Made by a program: the position numbers and the translations under genes. Shown here piece after piece: positions 8,443 to 17,779 of a stretch of 36,436 nt of DNA. The notes below the pieces were generated by a model. The model saw nothing but the letters and a program-made list of their open reading frames with translations, was not told the DNA's origin and searched no databases. Source of the DNA: a virus (Duplodnaviria > Caudoviricetes); the IMG/VR virus record IMGVR_UViG_3300043177_000240, positions 1 to 36,436 of that record; one strand, written 5' to 3'. Every line of letters starts with the position of its first letter. Positions within the stretch are counted from its first letter, which is position 1.

Positions 8443-9204
8443 TTAACCCCCCTGCCATGGCAGCGACATTCGCAATGCGTAATCACCCATTAATGAACGC
8501 CGCGCGCCCTTGAAGTGAAGAATCATCCGATCACTCAGGTCTTCATCAGCCCTCTGCGGCGTGTAATTCCACCGCTCGCACGGCAACAACGATGCGCGCA
8601 ACACCCCGCCCGGCCGACCAGGCCCCCACGGTATCCGGACCTGCCGCCGCTCAGCACCACCGCCGGACGGCACGATCCTGCCGAACAGCTCCGTCAGACA
8701 TAGCTGATTACCGTACCAGTCGCGCCGCGGCTTCATCATCCGCATTACGCGCTCACGCATCCACAACAGCAATTCATCAGCCACCAGACAGCGCCGTATG
8801 CCGAATACGCCAAAATTATAAGGCATCATCGCAGCCACGCCTTCAATCTGCTGCCCGTCCGCACCACTGCCAACATGATCACGCCAAGTCGCAATGACGT
8901 CAGATTCCAGCAGCTCGTGAACCAGCTCCGCAACCGGCCCGTTCAGCAGAGTGTCCGCATCAAGCATCAGCAACCCATCGCCCGCACCAATCACGTACAA
9001 CGCCCGCCGGATCGCCTCGATGTTCTCCGCCATCGGCGGCCAGCCATCCTCGATCTCAATATGTCTCACGCCGGAATCGCCCGGGTCATCACCCACGACG
9101 ATCAGCCGCGACAACGGCGCATAACAACGCACACTGGCAATCGAAGCGCGCAACAGGCCACGATAAGCCGCACCACGAAACCACCAGGCAAAATGCAGAT
9201 TCAT
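8443..9204 (-). CDS. Nucleotide-diphospho-sugar transferase (GT-A fold)
   Basis: LMLDADTL (DxD), PYNFGVF, W.G.Q..L, LPC..WNY.P and ILHFKG..R motifs. Confidence 0.8.
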   Translation of the reverse strand: MNLHFAWWFRGAAYRGLLRASIASVRCYAPLSRLIVVGDDPGDSGVRHIEIEDGWPPMAENIEAIRRALYVIGAGDGLLMLDADTLLNGPVAELVHELLESDVIATWRDHVGSGADGQQIEGVAAMMPYNFGVFGIRRCLVADELLLWMRERVMRMMKPRRDWYGNQLCLTELFGRIVPSGGGAERRQVRIPWGPGRPGGVLRASLLPCERWNYTPQRADEDLSDRMILHFKGARRSLMGDYALRMSLPWQGG

Positions 9205-9759
9205 CTACCCAACCGTCACGAACCACACCGAATCGTCCGCCAGACCGACATCCAGCAGACAAAACCGATCCGCTACCGCACGATGTACGCCAGGAAACTT
9301 GTGCTGATAGTCGTGACCGGACAAAACACCCCCAGGACGAACCCGCGGACGCCATGAATCTATGTCCTGCAGCACGAATTCATGATGATGATCAGCGTCG
9401 ATGAACACCAGATCGAACGGCGGCTCACCAGCCACCAGCGAGGACGCCTCAACACTGGTCATCCGCAGATGCCGAACCCGCTCACCAAATGGCTTGGTAC
9501 GCTGCCAAAACTCCGCCTCGATGCGCGCGAAATCCATGCTGGCATATGGATTGTCCGCCGGAGCACCCGGCACCACCGCCCACGGATCCACCGTGGTCAC
9601 CGTGGCCTCCGGCAAATGCTGCAGAATGAATTCGGTGGTGCGACCTTCTTTACAGCCGACCTCGACCATACGCTGCAACCCCAGATTCTTCATCAGACCA
9701 GCCAGCACGTGCCAGCGACGGGGAGCGCCAGTCAGCCGGCTTAACTGTTCCTCAGACAC
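9205..9759 (-). CDS. Class I SAM-dependent methyltransferase (Methyltransf_24-like, probable sugar O-methyltransferase)
   Basis: VEVGC..G.T motif I, VDPW, FDLVFIDADH, D...W...VRPGG...GHDY and GV..AV. Confidence 0.88.
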   Translation of the reverse strand: MSEEQLSRLTGAPRRWHVLAGLMKNLGLQRMVEVGCKEGRTTEFILQHLPEATVTTVDPWAVVPGAPADNPYASMDFARIEAEFWQRTKPFGERVRHLRMTSVEASSLVAGEPPFDLVFIDADHHHEFVLQDIDSWRPRVRPGGVLSGHDYQHKFPGVHRAVADRFCLLDVGLADDSVWFVTVG

Positions 9760-11210
9760 CGTAACTCCTCCACCACGCGCGCAATCGGCGCTTCCCAGGA
9801 ATCGAACCGCTCCTGACGAATCAACCGCGCCCGCTGATGCGGATACCAGTACCAGCTCTCACCGCTGAGACCGTAACGCCACGCAACCCGCTTCGGCGTC
9901 AATACGCGCACATTCAGCCCCATCGCCGCCGTCAGATGCGCAATGGACTGGCACACAGTAACCACCACGTCGCAGGCCTGCGCCAGCGCACCGTGATGAT
10001 GATAATCATAAGCCTGAGTCACCGACGGATAGACCACGTAACGATCCGCACCACAACGCTGACGAACCGCCTGCGCCAGACCGGTCATATCCTCGTAGTC
10101 CAGCCCGACGAACAGCGCATCGACCGCCTCGATCAGCTCCAGCGCCTCCCCCGAGGACAACGTCCGATGCTCGCGATTGGTGCTCATGGTACCGCCGCGA
10201 ATCGCCAGACCAACAATCGGACGGCCTCGAGCCGCCGCGCACAGCCGCTCACGGTACGCAGCGACTTCCTGCGGATCCACCCGGTAAAACGGCCCGTATT
10301 GCCGCCAGCCGGAATGGAAATCATCCAGCGTATTGCGATACAGCCTGCCCAGCTCCGCCACGGACAGCTTGTAATCGGCCCTGATCCCCAGATCCACCGG
10401 CCAGGTGATCACGTCATCTTTCCGAGTCGGGAAAATCTCCATCCCCGGATGAACCTGCCGGTACAGCCACTCCAACCGCGGATGACAGTCGAAAATAACC
10501 CGCCCGAAATCACGCCGCGCTTCATGCAGCAGCGAAGCGAACATCAGCTCGTCGCCAATTCCCTGCTCCCCCCAAACAATCAGGGTACGCCCTTCACGCG
10601 GCATGCCCGGTTCATAGAGCAACGGCTCCGGCGCATGCGGCGCATAATCACCCGCCGGGGCCGCGTAACAGCGCACCGCACGCTCATACCCCAGCCCCGC
10701 CCAATATCCCCGCCAACCTTCCTGAAACCGTCCACGCTCCAGATTCAGCAGCCCGAGATTCCATGCCGCGCGCGGACGCTGACCCTGCGCAAGGTCTAAC
10801 TGCACCGCGCGTTCCAGATACTCTACCCCCGGCTCGGGATTGCCCTCGTTAACGTACATACCCCCCATGTTGACCAGCGCATCCACGGAATCCGGCATAT
10901 CACGCAGACACTGGCCCAGAACCTCAATGCCCTGCTCGAAATCATTGAGACGACGCAGCGTCGCACCGATGTTCGCCAACACGATCGGACTGTAATCCAG
11001 CTCCAGGGAACGACGGAAAAACAGCAGCGACGGCACAAGCTGCCCCCGGTAATGCGCGACATGACCGGCATAAAACCACAACGCAGGATTTTCCGGATAC
11101 TGATCCAGCGCTGGCCACAACAGCCCTTCAGCAACCGGAAGCTGATTATCGTTCAACGCGCTGGCAATACGTTCACAGACTTCCGTCAGCCCGACTTCGT
11201 ACAAAACCAT
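9741..11210 (-). CDS. TPR-repeat protein with C-terminal GT-B (GT9-like) glycosyltransferase domain, FlmG/FlbA-like architecture
   Basis: TPR helices (NIGATL, NMGGMY, WNLGLL), then VWGEQGIGDELMF, DCHPRL, CDVVVTV...AHL.AAMG and WRYG...WY...RQ...W. Likely start is ATG 11210 after GGGGG; the ORF-track start at 11339 lies upstream of a terminator. Confidence 0.85.
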   Translation of the reverse strand: MVLYEVGLTEVCERIASALNDNQLPVAEGLLWPALDQYPENPALWFYAGHVAHYRGQLVPSLLFFRRSLELDYSPIVLANIGATLRRLNDFEQGIEVLGQCLRDMPDSVDALVNMGGMYVNEGNPEPGVEYLERAVQLDLAQGQRPRAAWNLGLLNLERGRFQEGWRGYWAGLGYERAVRCYAAPAGDYAPHAPEPLLYEPGMPREGRTLIVWGEQGIGDELMFASLLHEARRDFGRVIFDCHPRLEWLYRQVHPGMEIFPTRKDDVITWPVDLGIRADYKLSVAELGRLYRNTLDDFHSGWRQYGPFYRVDPQEVAAYRERLCAAARGRPIVGLAIRGGTMSTNREHRTLSSGEALELIEAVDALFVGLDYEDMTGLAQAVRQRCGADRYVVYPSVTQAYDYHHHGALAQACDVVVTVCQSIAHLTAAMGLNVRVLTPKRVAWRYGLSGESWYWYPHQRARLIRQERFDSWEAPIARVVEELRCLRNS

Positions 11211-11217
11211 TTCCCCC

Positions 11218-11249
11218 AAAAAAAGCCGGGCTCCACAATAGAGCCCGGC
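11218..11249 (-). terminator. Rho-independent terminator after the capsid and decoration genes
   Basis: Minus strand GCCGGGCTC-TATTGTG-GAGCCCGGC followed by T7. Confidence 0.85.
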
Positions 11250-11298
11250 AATCTTACGGACAAGTGGGGAACAAACCTGTCCGCGACTTTCAGGATCT

Positions 11299-11712
11299 TT
11301 AGGCAGGAGGCATCTTGTACTGCACCACCAGCGTGCCATGATGACCCACCGTCAGCGCGGTAACCGTCGTACAGGTCACGCCGATAAACCGGGGCATCAC
11401 ATCATCGGACAACGAAATCTCCTGCCCGGCCAGCGTCGTTAGCTGCCGCACCACGGCCACCGAATAGGTGTCCGACACCATGAACAATTCAGCACTGGCC
11501 GAGGTCCCTGCGCGCAGCACCGAAACGCCATTCAGCGCCGATCCGGGATAAAAGACCGAATCAAGCAGCACCGCACCATGCGGCAGACGACCAATCTGCA
11601 GTACATCACCCGCACTGGTCGTCACCGATACGCTGATCCGGCAAACAGCAGCGTTCACTCCGGCATGCACGGCGGGCGGCTGCACACTACCCACACTGTT
11701 CACATTTCCCAT
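11299..11712 (-). CDS. Capsid decoration/cement protein (putative)
   Basis: 137-aa beta-rich protein directly after the major capsid gene, with GAGGAGG RBS. Has a GDV..IG.LP.GA motif typical of such proteins. Confidence 0.7.
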   Translation of the reverse strand: MGNVNSVGSVQPPAVHAGVNAAVCRISVSVTTSAGDVLQIGRLPHGAVLLDSVFYPGSALNGVSVLRAGTSASAELFMVSDTYSVAVVRQLTTLAGQEISLSDDVMPRFIGVTCTTVTALTVGHHGTLVVQYKMPPA

Positions 11713-11726
11713 GACTTACCGCCTCC

Positions 11727-12776
11727 TCACGTGGTCGCCGGCGAATAGGACGACATGGCAACAGTCGCAAAGTCCGAACCGTTGTACCGGGTCTTCACCA
11801 ACCCGGCAATACAGCCCGCCGCCACGCCAAGCTGATTCTTGTAATCGAACAATTCCTCAACCCAAGAGTAGACGTTCTGATTCGACCCGCGACCAAAAGC
11901 GATCATCGCCGCCTGCGCCCCACACAACACAGCCCGCCGCACATTACCCGTCGTGTTCGGAATGCGCGTGGACTCATGCAGAATCACGCCGTTGTAAACA
12001 CCGAGCGCACCGGTAAAAATCGGGTTCTTGGTGATATTACCACCGGACAACGCCGCCTTCTGAATGTCCAGCCACTGCCCGGTATTCGTGTTGGTGCGCA
12101 ATTGCGTCACCTGATACGGATGAAAGAACGCCACCAGATAGTCATCCGCACCAATGCGCACCGGCCGCATGGCGTTTTTCGCCGTTTTGGCCCGCTCCAC
12201 CGCAATGTCAATCTGCGTCAGCGTCATGCCCTGCGTAGTGGCCGACAGCGACGCTTCCGTCGTCGGCGACCCCGTGCTCGGAAACACCACGTGATCAGTG
12301 TCAGGAGCCGTCGCCGCATTGTGCCCGGTATAGCGCAGATCGGTCACCGACGCATTGCCGCATATCTGGTTGAAGAACCAGGTATCCATGCGGTCCGCCC
12401 ACCAGTCCGCTAAACCATCGCGGGCTTCATCACGCACCGAAAACGGCACCCGCTGCTCGCTCATCTTGCCGCTGGAACGCACCGCGTGACGCAATTGGTC
12501 GATCACCACGTTCTGCGTATAGGTCTCCAGCGCTTCCTCATTGCCTTCCAACGTGCCATCACCACTGATGCCCGCGCCAGAAAGCTGCTGACGAATGCCA
12601 AAGGTGATGCGGTCCCCAGCCGCCTTGTTCACCTCGGTCTTGATCTGCACCACCGCGTTGCTGCCCTTGCCCATGAACTTCAGGGCATGCGTACGCTTCA
12701 GCGCTTCTTTCATCAGCTCGGCCGACCAGCGCTTGACCGCCAGCGGCGAGTTAACCGGATAGTCCGTCGTTGCCAT
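11727..12776 (-). CDS. Major capsid protein, N4-gp56 / DUF4043 family
   Basis: Motifs K.AGD.ITF, L.G.G..GD..LEGNEEAL, IDQLRHAV, MSEQR, NPIFTGALG.YNGV.LHE, LCGAQA, W.EE.FDY.N and DF. Confidence 0.93.
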   Translation of the reverse strand: MATTDYPVNSPLAVKRWSAELMKEALKRTHALKFMGKGSNAVVQIKTEVNKAAGDRITFGIRQQLSGAGISGDGTLEGNEEALETYTQNVVIDQLRHAVRSSGKMSEQRVPFSVRDEARDGLADWWADRMDTWFFNQICGNASVTDLRYTGHNAATAPDTDHVVFPSTGSPTTEASLSATTQGMTLTQIDIAVERAKTAKNAMRPVRIGADDYLVAFFHPYQVTQLRTNTNTGQWLDIQKAALSGGNITKNPIFTGALGVYNGVILHESTRIPNTTGNVRRAVLCGAQAAMIAFGRGSNQNVYSWVEELFDYKNQLGVAAGCIAGLVKTRYNGSDFATVAMSSYSPATT

Positions 12777-12947
12777 GTATCGCGCCTCGCAAAACAGTAA
12801 TGCCCGCTACCGGGCAGAAAACATCCGTCCGCCGTCATGACGCTGACAGCCGCGAGGCATGGTTGAAGGCCCATGAGCCTGGCTACCTGACGGTGTAGCC
12901 GCCGACCACGCCGGTTATACGGAACCGGCGAAAACCGCATCCCTAGT

Positions 12948-13823
12948 CTAACGCGAACCAAAGGCCTCGTTCAAGGCGGCGTCAAACTGCTCAAGCCCGT
13001 CCGCCACCCCCGCCGCTTCCAGCCCCGGTACGACCCCCCCGGCACCCAGCGTCATCGCCGCGGCCGCGCGACCCGGACCGCCCCCGCCCGCCAGCGCAGA
13101 CCTCGCCGTCGCCTCATTGCCCCCGCCCCCCGGCGGCGCGGCCTGCGACTGGTAACCCCGCTGCTGCGCAATCCGATAGGCCACCTCCGCCGGCGACATG
13201 CCGTTGCTCATCGCATAAGCGGCTAACTGCAGCTCTTCCTGCCCCTGATACTGCCGGATCTGTTCATCGCTCGTCCCAGGCGGCGCCAACGCCTTGAGCT
13301 CCGCATAACGAGTCGCCCGCGCATGATCCAGCGCCTGCTGATAATCCGCATGCTTCGCAATGAACGCCGCCTCGTCCGAACGCAACGTCGCCACGAACCG
13401 CACGAACTGCTCCTGCTGCTCCGTATGCGCCTGCAACGCCTGAGTCTTCTCCCGCGCTTCCTGCGTCGCCCGCTCGATCCTGGATACCGCCGAATCAATG
13501 TAGCCCTTCGGATCCTCGAGAAAATCCGGCTCCGGCGGCGGCTGCTCCGGCTTGACCGGCCCCTCGAGCCGCGCCAACCGCTCAGCAAGCTGCCGAGATT
13601 GCTCTTCCTGCTCCGACAGCTTCTGCTGAAACCGCCGCCGCTCCTCGAGCAATACCTCCAGCGGCACAGTGCGCTGCACGTCCGCCCGAGCACCCTGCGC
13701 CCCAGCCGCTTCTCCGCCCGAGGGTCCGGCCACCTCGGCCACCTCGGCCGGCTCGGCCACCTCAACCGACTCGGCCGCTGCCTGACCCGCCGACTCATCC
13801 AGATCGTCCAACAGCTCCATCAA
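12948..13823 (-). CDS. Capsid scaffolding protein (putative)
   Basis: Acidic N-terminus, VPL..L.EER coiled coil, PD..EDP.GY and PAE..Y..A...GY. Lies between portal and capsid. Confidence 0.8.
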   Translation of the reverse strand: MMELLDDLDESAGQAAAESVEVAEPAEVAEVAGPSGGEAAGAQGARADVQRTVPLEVLLEERRRFQQKLSEQEEQSRQLAERLARLEGPVKPEQPPPEPDFLEDPKGYIDSAVSRIERATQEAREKTQALQAHTEQQEQFVRFVATLRSDEAAFIAKHADYQQALDHARATRYAELKALAPPGTSDEQIRQYQGQEELQLAAYAMSNGMSPAEVAYRIAQQRGYQSQAAPPGGGGNEATARSALAGGGGPGRAAAAMTLGAGGVVPGLEAAGVADGLEQFDAALNEAFGSR

Positions 13824-15834
13824 CGTCGTTCTCCTGATCCCTGACCTGCGGACGAGATCCCCCGCCCGCCACCACCTGACTGAGCGCCGAAACCACCTCG
13901 ATCTGCCCCAGACCGGCTTCCACTTCAGCCTTGCGCGCCTGCGCCGCCTTCAACCGCGCGCCAGCCTGCTTCTCCGCCACCACCGCCTCGCTGACCGCAA
14001 CCGAGGCCTGCGCCTCCCGTTCCCGCAACGCATGCTGCTGCGGATCAGGCTGCATCTCCTGCTTCCAAGCATTGACCAAATCAGCCGGCAACGGCACATA
14101 GTCGATCAGCGCTTTCGGCAACGGAATCCCAGCCTGCAACAGCTTCGGCAACAGCGCATCGAGTATCGCCCAGATCCGCTCTTTCTGATTCGGCGAAGCT
14201 GGCGCGTCATCCACCACCACGTCGTAGGGAATCGCTGACTTGTCCTTGACCAGCGGCACGTACTGCTGCCCCCGATCAGAACTGATCCGCACCAGCGTGC
14301 CTTCCGGCACGTAATCGGCGATGTAATCCGCAATCTGCCGCCCCGCCGAACGGTAATAACGATGCATCGAGTCGAACGCCCACGACACAATGGTCATCGC
14401 CGACTGCTTGCGCTGCGCCTCCACCACCCCCGGCTGCATGCGGTCGGCAAGCCCTAGCAATTCCAAGTTCAGCCCCGTTACGCCCGGCAACGCATCGATC
14501 GAAAACTGCATCAGCCGATCCATACCGTCCGGATAGGCCGCATGCGGCTTCGGCATGATCCGACCCCCCGCCACAGCACCATCCGCCGCCCAGGTAATGG
14601 CGTTGGGCATCGCCCAGGAATCCTCCGCCTCGTTCTGATCGGTAAAAGCCCCTTCTTCCGCAAGCAACCCCCCCTTGGCATTGGTGATGACCGAAAACAA
14701 AACCGAGGAGAAGAATTTGTTGGTCCACATCTGCGGATCACGAATCACACGCCCAATCCCGTACCAGCTATGACGATTACGGTCACGCTTGCCCGTGATC
14801 GCGTGAAACGTAAACCCCTTCTGCCACGGCGAACGACCCGCCTGCACCACCCCCGCCGGCGTCAGAATGCAACGGTAATACACCCGCTCAATCACCGGCA
14901 CCGCCTCAAAACCAACCCCCTGCTCACGCAACAGCGGCTCCATCGCCACCCACTGCCGCGGCGTGAAAACCCGCGTCTGCGGCGCCTGCCCCGCCAACAC
15001 CGCAGCCGTCACCCGCACACCACGCTCACGACGCCAAAACTGATAGTCCGCAACCGGGATCCGCCCCCCGCCCGGCAGGGCACCCGACGAATCCCCAGGC
15101 AACGGATAGTCCTGACGAGCCTCCACCACCTTCAGCCCCCCCTGGTCTTCGTCAACCAGGGCAAACCCTAGCCAGCCCACGTCCGTATCCGGCAGCTCGC
15201 CAAACCGTTCCCGGTACTCCGCCCGACTCATCGCCTTCACCCGGCATACCCAACGGGCATCCGTCAGCCCCCGCCGGCGCGCAGCCGGGTCGTACCACAT
15301 CTCGAGCGGATCACGCCGCTCCCCCGCGGGCAGCGGACCATGCCCGGATTCTTCGTCCAGAAACCACTCCATCCAGCCGATGCCGGTCAGCACCGCATCG
15401 TGAAACGCATCCGATTCCTCATCGCCCGCGTCACACAGATCACGCGCCCACTCGGCTGCCCCGGTCAGTATGTCGTTGCGCGCCGTATCGCCCGGCTCCC
15501 GCGGGATATACCGGATGTCCTGCCGGTTATTCGCCTGCAGACCCGCCAGGGCATCAATGAACTTCCCCGCCAGATTGAACGTGACCGCAGGCCGCTTCTG
15601 CTCGCGCATCACCGCCAGGTCTTCCTCAGGCCACTGATGCCCGGCAACCAGGTCGTACAGCTCGCGCGCCTCGGTCCGCCACTCGCTCTGCGCCGCCAAC
15701 GCCGCAGACAGGTCACGGCGAAACTGCGCGCGCAGATCGTCCGCCGTCAGATCCGCAATCCCCGGCAGAGATTCCTCGCCCGCCTCGCTCGGCCCGTTCT
15801 CGCCCGCGCTGAATAACTCAGTCATGTGAACCAT
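13795..15834 (-). CDS. Portal protein, P22-like
   Basis: WR.EA......AG.QW, RP..TFN, ES.AF.D....G.GW, DP.A...L.DA, DPQ...NK and YDV.VD..P.SP motifs. 679 aa, directly after terL. Confidence 0.92.
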   Translation of the reverse strand: MVHMTELFSAGENGPSEAGEESLPGIADLTADDLRAQFRRDLSAALAAQSEWRTEARELYDLVAGHQWPEEDLAVMREQKRPAVTFNLAGKFIDALAGLQANNRQDIRYIPREPGDTARNDILTGAAEWARDLCDAGDEESDAFHDAVLTGIGWMEWFLDEESGHGPLPAGERRDPLEMWYDPAARRRGLTDARWVCRVKAMSRAEYRERFGELPDTDVGWLGFALVDEDQGGLKVVEARQDYPLPGDSSGALPGGGRIPVADYQFWRRERGVRVTAAVLAGQAPQTRVFTPRQWVAMEPLLREQGVGFEAVPVIERVYYRCILTPAGVVQAGRSPWQKGFTFHAITGKRDRNRHSWYGIGRVIRDPQMWTNKFFSSVLFSVITNAKGGLLAEEGAFTDQNEAEDSWAMPNAITWAADGAVAGGRIMPKPHAAYPDGMDRLMQFSIDALPGVTGLNLELLGLADRMQPGVVEAQRKQSAMTIVSWAFDSMHRYYRSAGRQIADYIADYVPEGTLVRISSDRGQQYVPLVKDKSAIPYDVVVDDAPASPNQKERIWAILDALLPKLLQAGIPLPKALIDYVPLPADLVNAWKQEMQPDPQQHALREREAQASVAVSEAVVAEKQAGARLKAAQARKAEVEAGLGQIEVVSALSQVVAGGGSRPQVRDQENDVDGAVGRSG

Positions 15835-15843
15835 CGACCCATT

Positions 15844-17439
15844 CTACCCCGCCAGCCACGAGGCGCGCGAAGCACGGCTGCGCATCCCGTAACGCTGCGG
15901 CGTCTCATCAGGCCCGCGCGCCTGACGCGGCCAGCTAAACCCTTCCAGGTCGAAAACCCGCGCGATCGCGTCCACCATGTCATCATGCACCGGGACCGGC
16001 CAGGGCAGCAATTCTTCTTCGATCAGCACGCGCACCAGATCCTGCGTGCGACCCTCGTAATCCGTGCGCAGACACGTTTCCGGCAGCCACAGCCGCCCAG
16101 ACGCCGCCCACGGGATCAGTCGATTAACCCGATCGATCTTCGACAACGTGCCGCCGAGCTCATCGACGCCGAACCGGTAGTTCTCACGATCCTGCACGAT
16201 GCGCAGGTAATCCGTATCCGCCTGCATCCCGTACCGTTCGTAGCCGACCCGCTGCGGCGCCCACTGCCGGTGCAGCGCCATCACCGCATGAGCACGCTCA
16301 TCGAGCTGCAGCCGGTCACGCAACAGATCCAACACGTACAGATTGCCGTCCGCCCCGTACCCGACCACCGCGATGGCCGTGTAGTCACTGCCCCGCTTCT
16401 TGGCGTGCGCCGGATCCACCAGCAGCGCACGGTTCAGACTCTGCCAGGACGGCATCGCCTGGTACCGATGCTCGAGCCACGAGCGCGCGAACGTCTGCCG
16501 ACTGTCGGCAACGGGGTCCAACAAGAGCTGACTGCTCGCCGTGTACGGTCCCATCTGCTGCACCTTGCGGTCCCACTCTTCCTGCGACAGAAACACAGGC
16601 CGGCCGTGCAGCGTGCCGTCCTCGGTCCCGGGGTGACAGCGCAGCGTCAACGTGCCACGCTGCAGTATGTCCCGGTACGTATCGGCATAATGGTACCGCG
16701 TCCCGATCCCGCGGATCCGCGGCGCGCGATCGCCCAGATTCAGTGCCATCTCCCAAGCCTGCGTGGTCTTGGCCATCTGCTCAGGCGTCGACACCGAGGC
16801 TTGGGTCACGACGTCATCGGCAACCAGCACCGACCAGTGCTTGCCCGTCGGCTGGCCATCCACCAAGCCCCAAGCCTCCACCGTCGCTTCTTTCGGGTTC
16901 GTGTTGCGCCGGACGACCAGCCCCGACTCCTCGCTCCAGCGCGGCGACTCGAGATCAGGGCGCGTCCACAGCACGTCTGGGAACAGCGCTTTCAGCGCCT
17001 GGTTCACCTCAAACTCTCTCTTGATCTGGCGCAGAAACGCCTTCGCGGCAGGCCGAGTGTGAGAAAAGATCGCCACGGTCATCTCCCGGCCGTCATAGCA
17101 CGGCAGCGGCGCCTCACCGTGCGAGCCCAGGATCGTCTGCAACGTCAAGCCGAACGTCACGATGGTCGACTTGTAATGCCCCCTCGGCCACAGGTCGAGC
17201 CAGCCGTCCGGCGCACGGGACACCTCGCGACAACGCGCGAACAGCCACGGATGCTCGACGTCACGTCGACCGATCAGGTAACGCAGCAGGAAGTACAGAT
17301 CCGTCCGCGCCAGATACCGGTAGCACGCCCGTTGCAGCGCTGGCGGCTGCTGCTGTAAGTGCCTGATATACTGGGGATAAGTCTCCACCGTTAGCGCGTC
17401 CGGCAGCGGCAGCGGCGCGCCCTCGCTCCATTCGTTCAT
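15844..17439 (-). CDS. terL: Terminase large subunit
   Basis: Walker A-like PRGHYKST, Walker B VADD, GTRYH..D, nuclease LVDPA...SDYTA and C-terminal HDDMVDA. Confidence 0.95.
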   Translation of the reverse strand: MNEWSEGAPLPLPDALTVETYPQYIRHLQQQPPALQRACYRYLARTDLYFLLRYLIGRRDVEHPWLFARCREVSRAPDGWLDLWPRGHYKSTIVTFGLTLQTILGSHGEAPLPCYDGREMTVAIFSHTRPAAKAFLRQIKREFEVNQALKALFPDVLWTRPDLESPRWSEESGLVVRRNTNPKEATVEAWGLVDGQPTGKHWSVLVADDVVTQASVSTPEQMAKTTQAWEMALNLGDRAPRIRGIGTRYHYADTYRDILQRGTLTLRCHPGTEDGTLHGRPVFLSQEEWDRKVQQMGPYTASSQLLLDPVADSRQTFARSWLEHRYQAMPSWQSLNRALLVDPAHAKKRGSDYTAIAVVGYGADGNLYVLDLLRDRLQLDERAHAVMALHRQWAPQRVGYERYGMQADTDYLRIVQDRENYRFGVDELGGTLSKIDRVNRLIPWAASGRLWLPETCLRTDYEGRTQDLVRVLIEEELLPWPVPVHDDMVDAIARVFDLEGFSWPRQARGPDETPQRYGMRSRASRASWLAG

Positions 17440-17701
17440 AGTCGTCCGTCATCGCGGCGCGCAGCCGTTCGAGCACGTAGATCAGGCGCGTGCCGTCCTC
17501 GCGGGGCAGGTCGCCGTCGCGCATCGCCTCGTAGACGCGACGCATCTCGTACCTTACGCCACGCAATGTGGACAGGTGCCGACTGCGCCGTTGTCGACTG
17601 ATTTCTGTCAGGGGGCGCAGCCGGTCGCACGCCACCCGTGCGCGCTCGAGCACGCCCTCGACGGCACCGTCGTCCTGGTCCCGTTCTCCCGTTGTCACCA
17701 C
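17261..17701 (-). CDS. Putative terminase small subunit (start uncertain)
   Basis: Helical core L.T...VR.EM.RVY...R.G.L...DGTRL.YVL. Immediately upstream of terL and overlapping it by 179 nt. Confidence 0.55.
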   Translation of the reverse strand: MVTTGERDQDDGAVEGVLERARVACDRLRPLTEISRQRRSRHLSTLRGVRYEMRRVYEAMRDGDLPREDGTRLIYVLERLRAAMTDDYERMERGRAAAAAGRANGGDLSPVYQALTAAAASAATGVLPVSGADGSVLPAALPDRST

Positions 17702-17779
17702 GCCACCACGCCACCACGCGCCGCGCACCCCGCGCCGACACAGCATACCACGCGGCCTCGACGCAGGAGCGGCCGAGGC

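Noticed and set aside
11211-11339. Possible +1 frameshift fusing the decoration protein to the TPR-GT (frame is open across the junction)
   Set aside because: The stop context is GCC-TAA rather than a known slippery site. A terminator lies between the genes and the TPR-GT has its own RBS and ATG at 11210.
15826-17358. 510-aa plus-strand ORF, and similar long plus-strand ORFs at 6855-7853, 9837-10799 and 28348-29253
   Set aside because: Antisense to well-supported genes (terL, adaptor/GT, TPR-GT, giant protein). Arg/Pro/His-rich shadow composition is expected in high-GC DNA.
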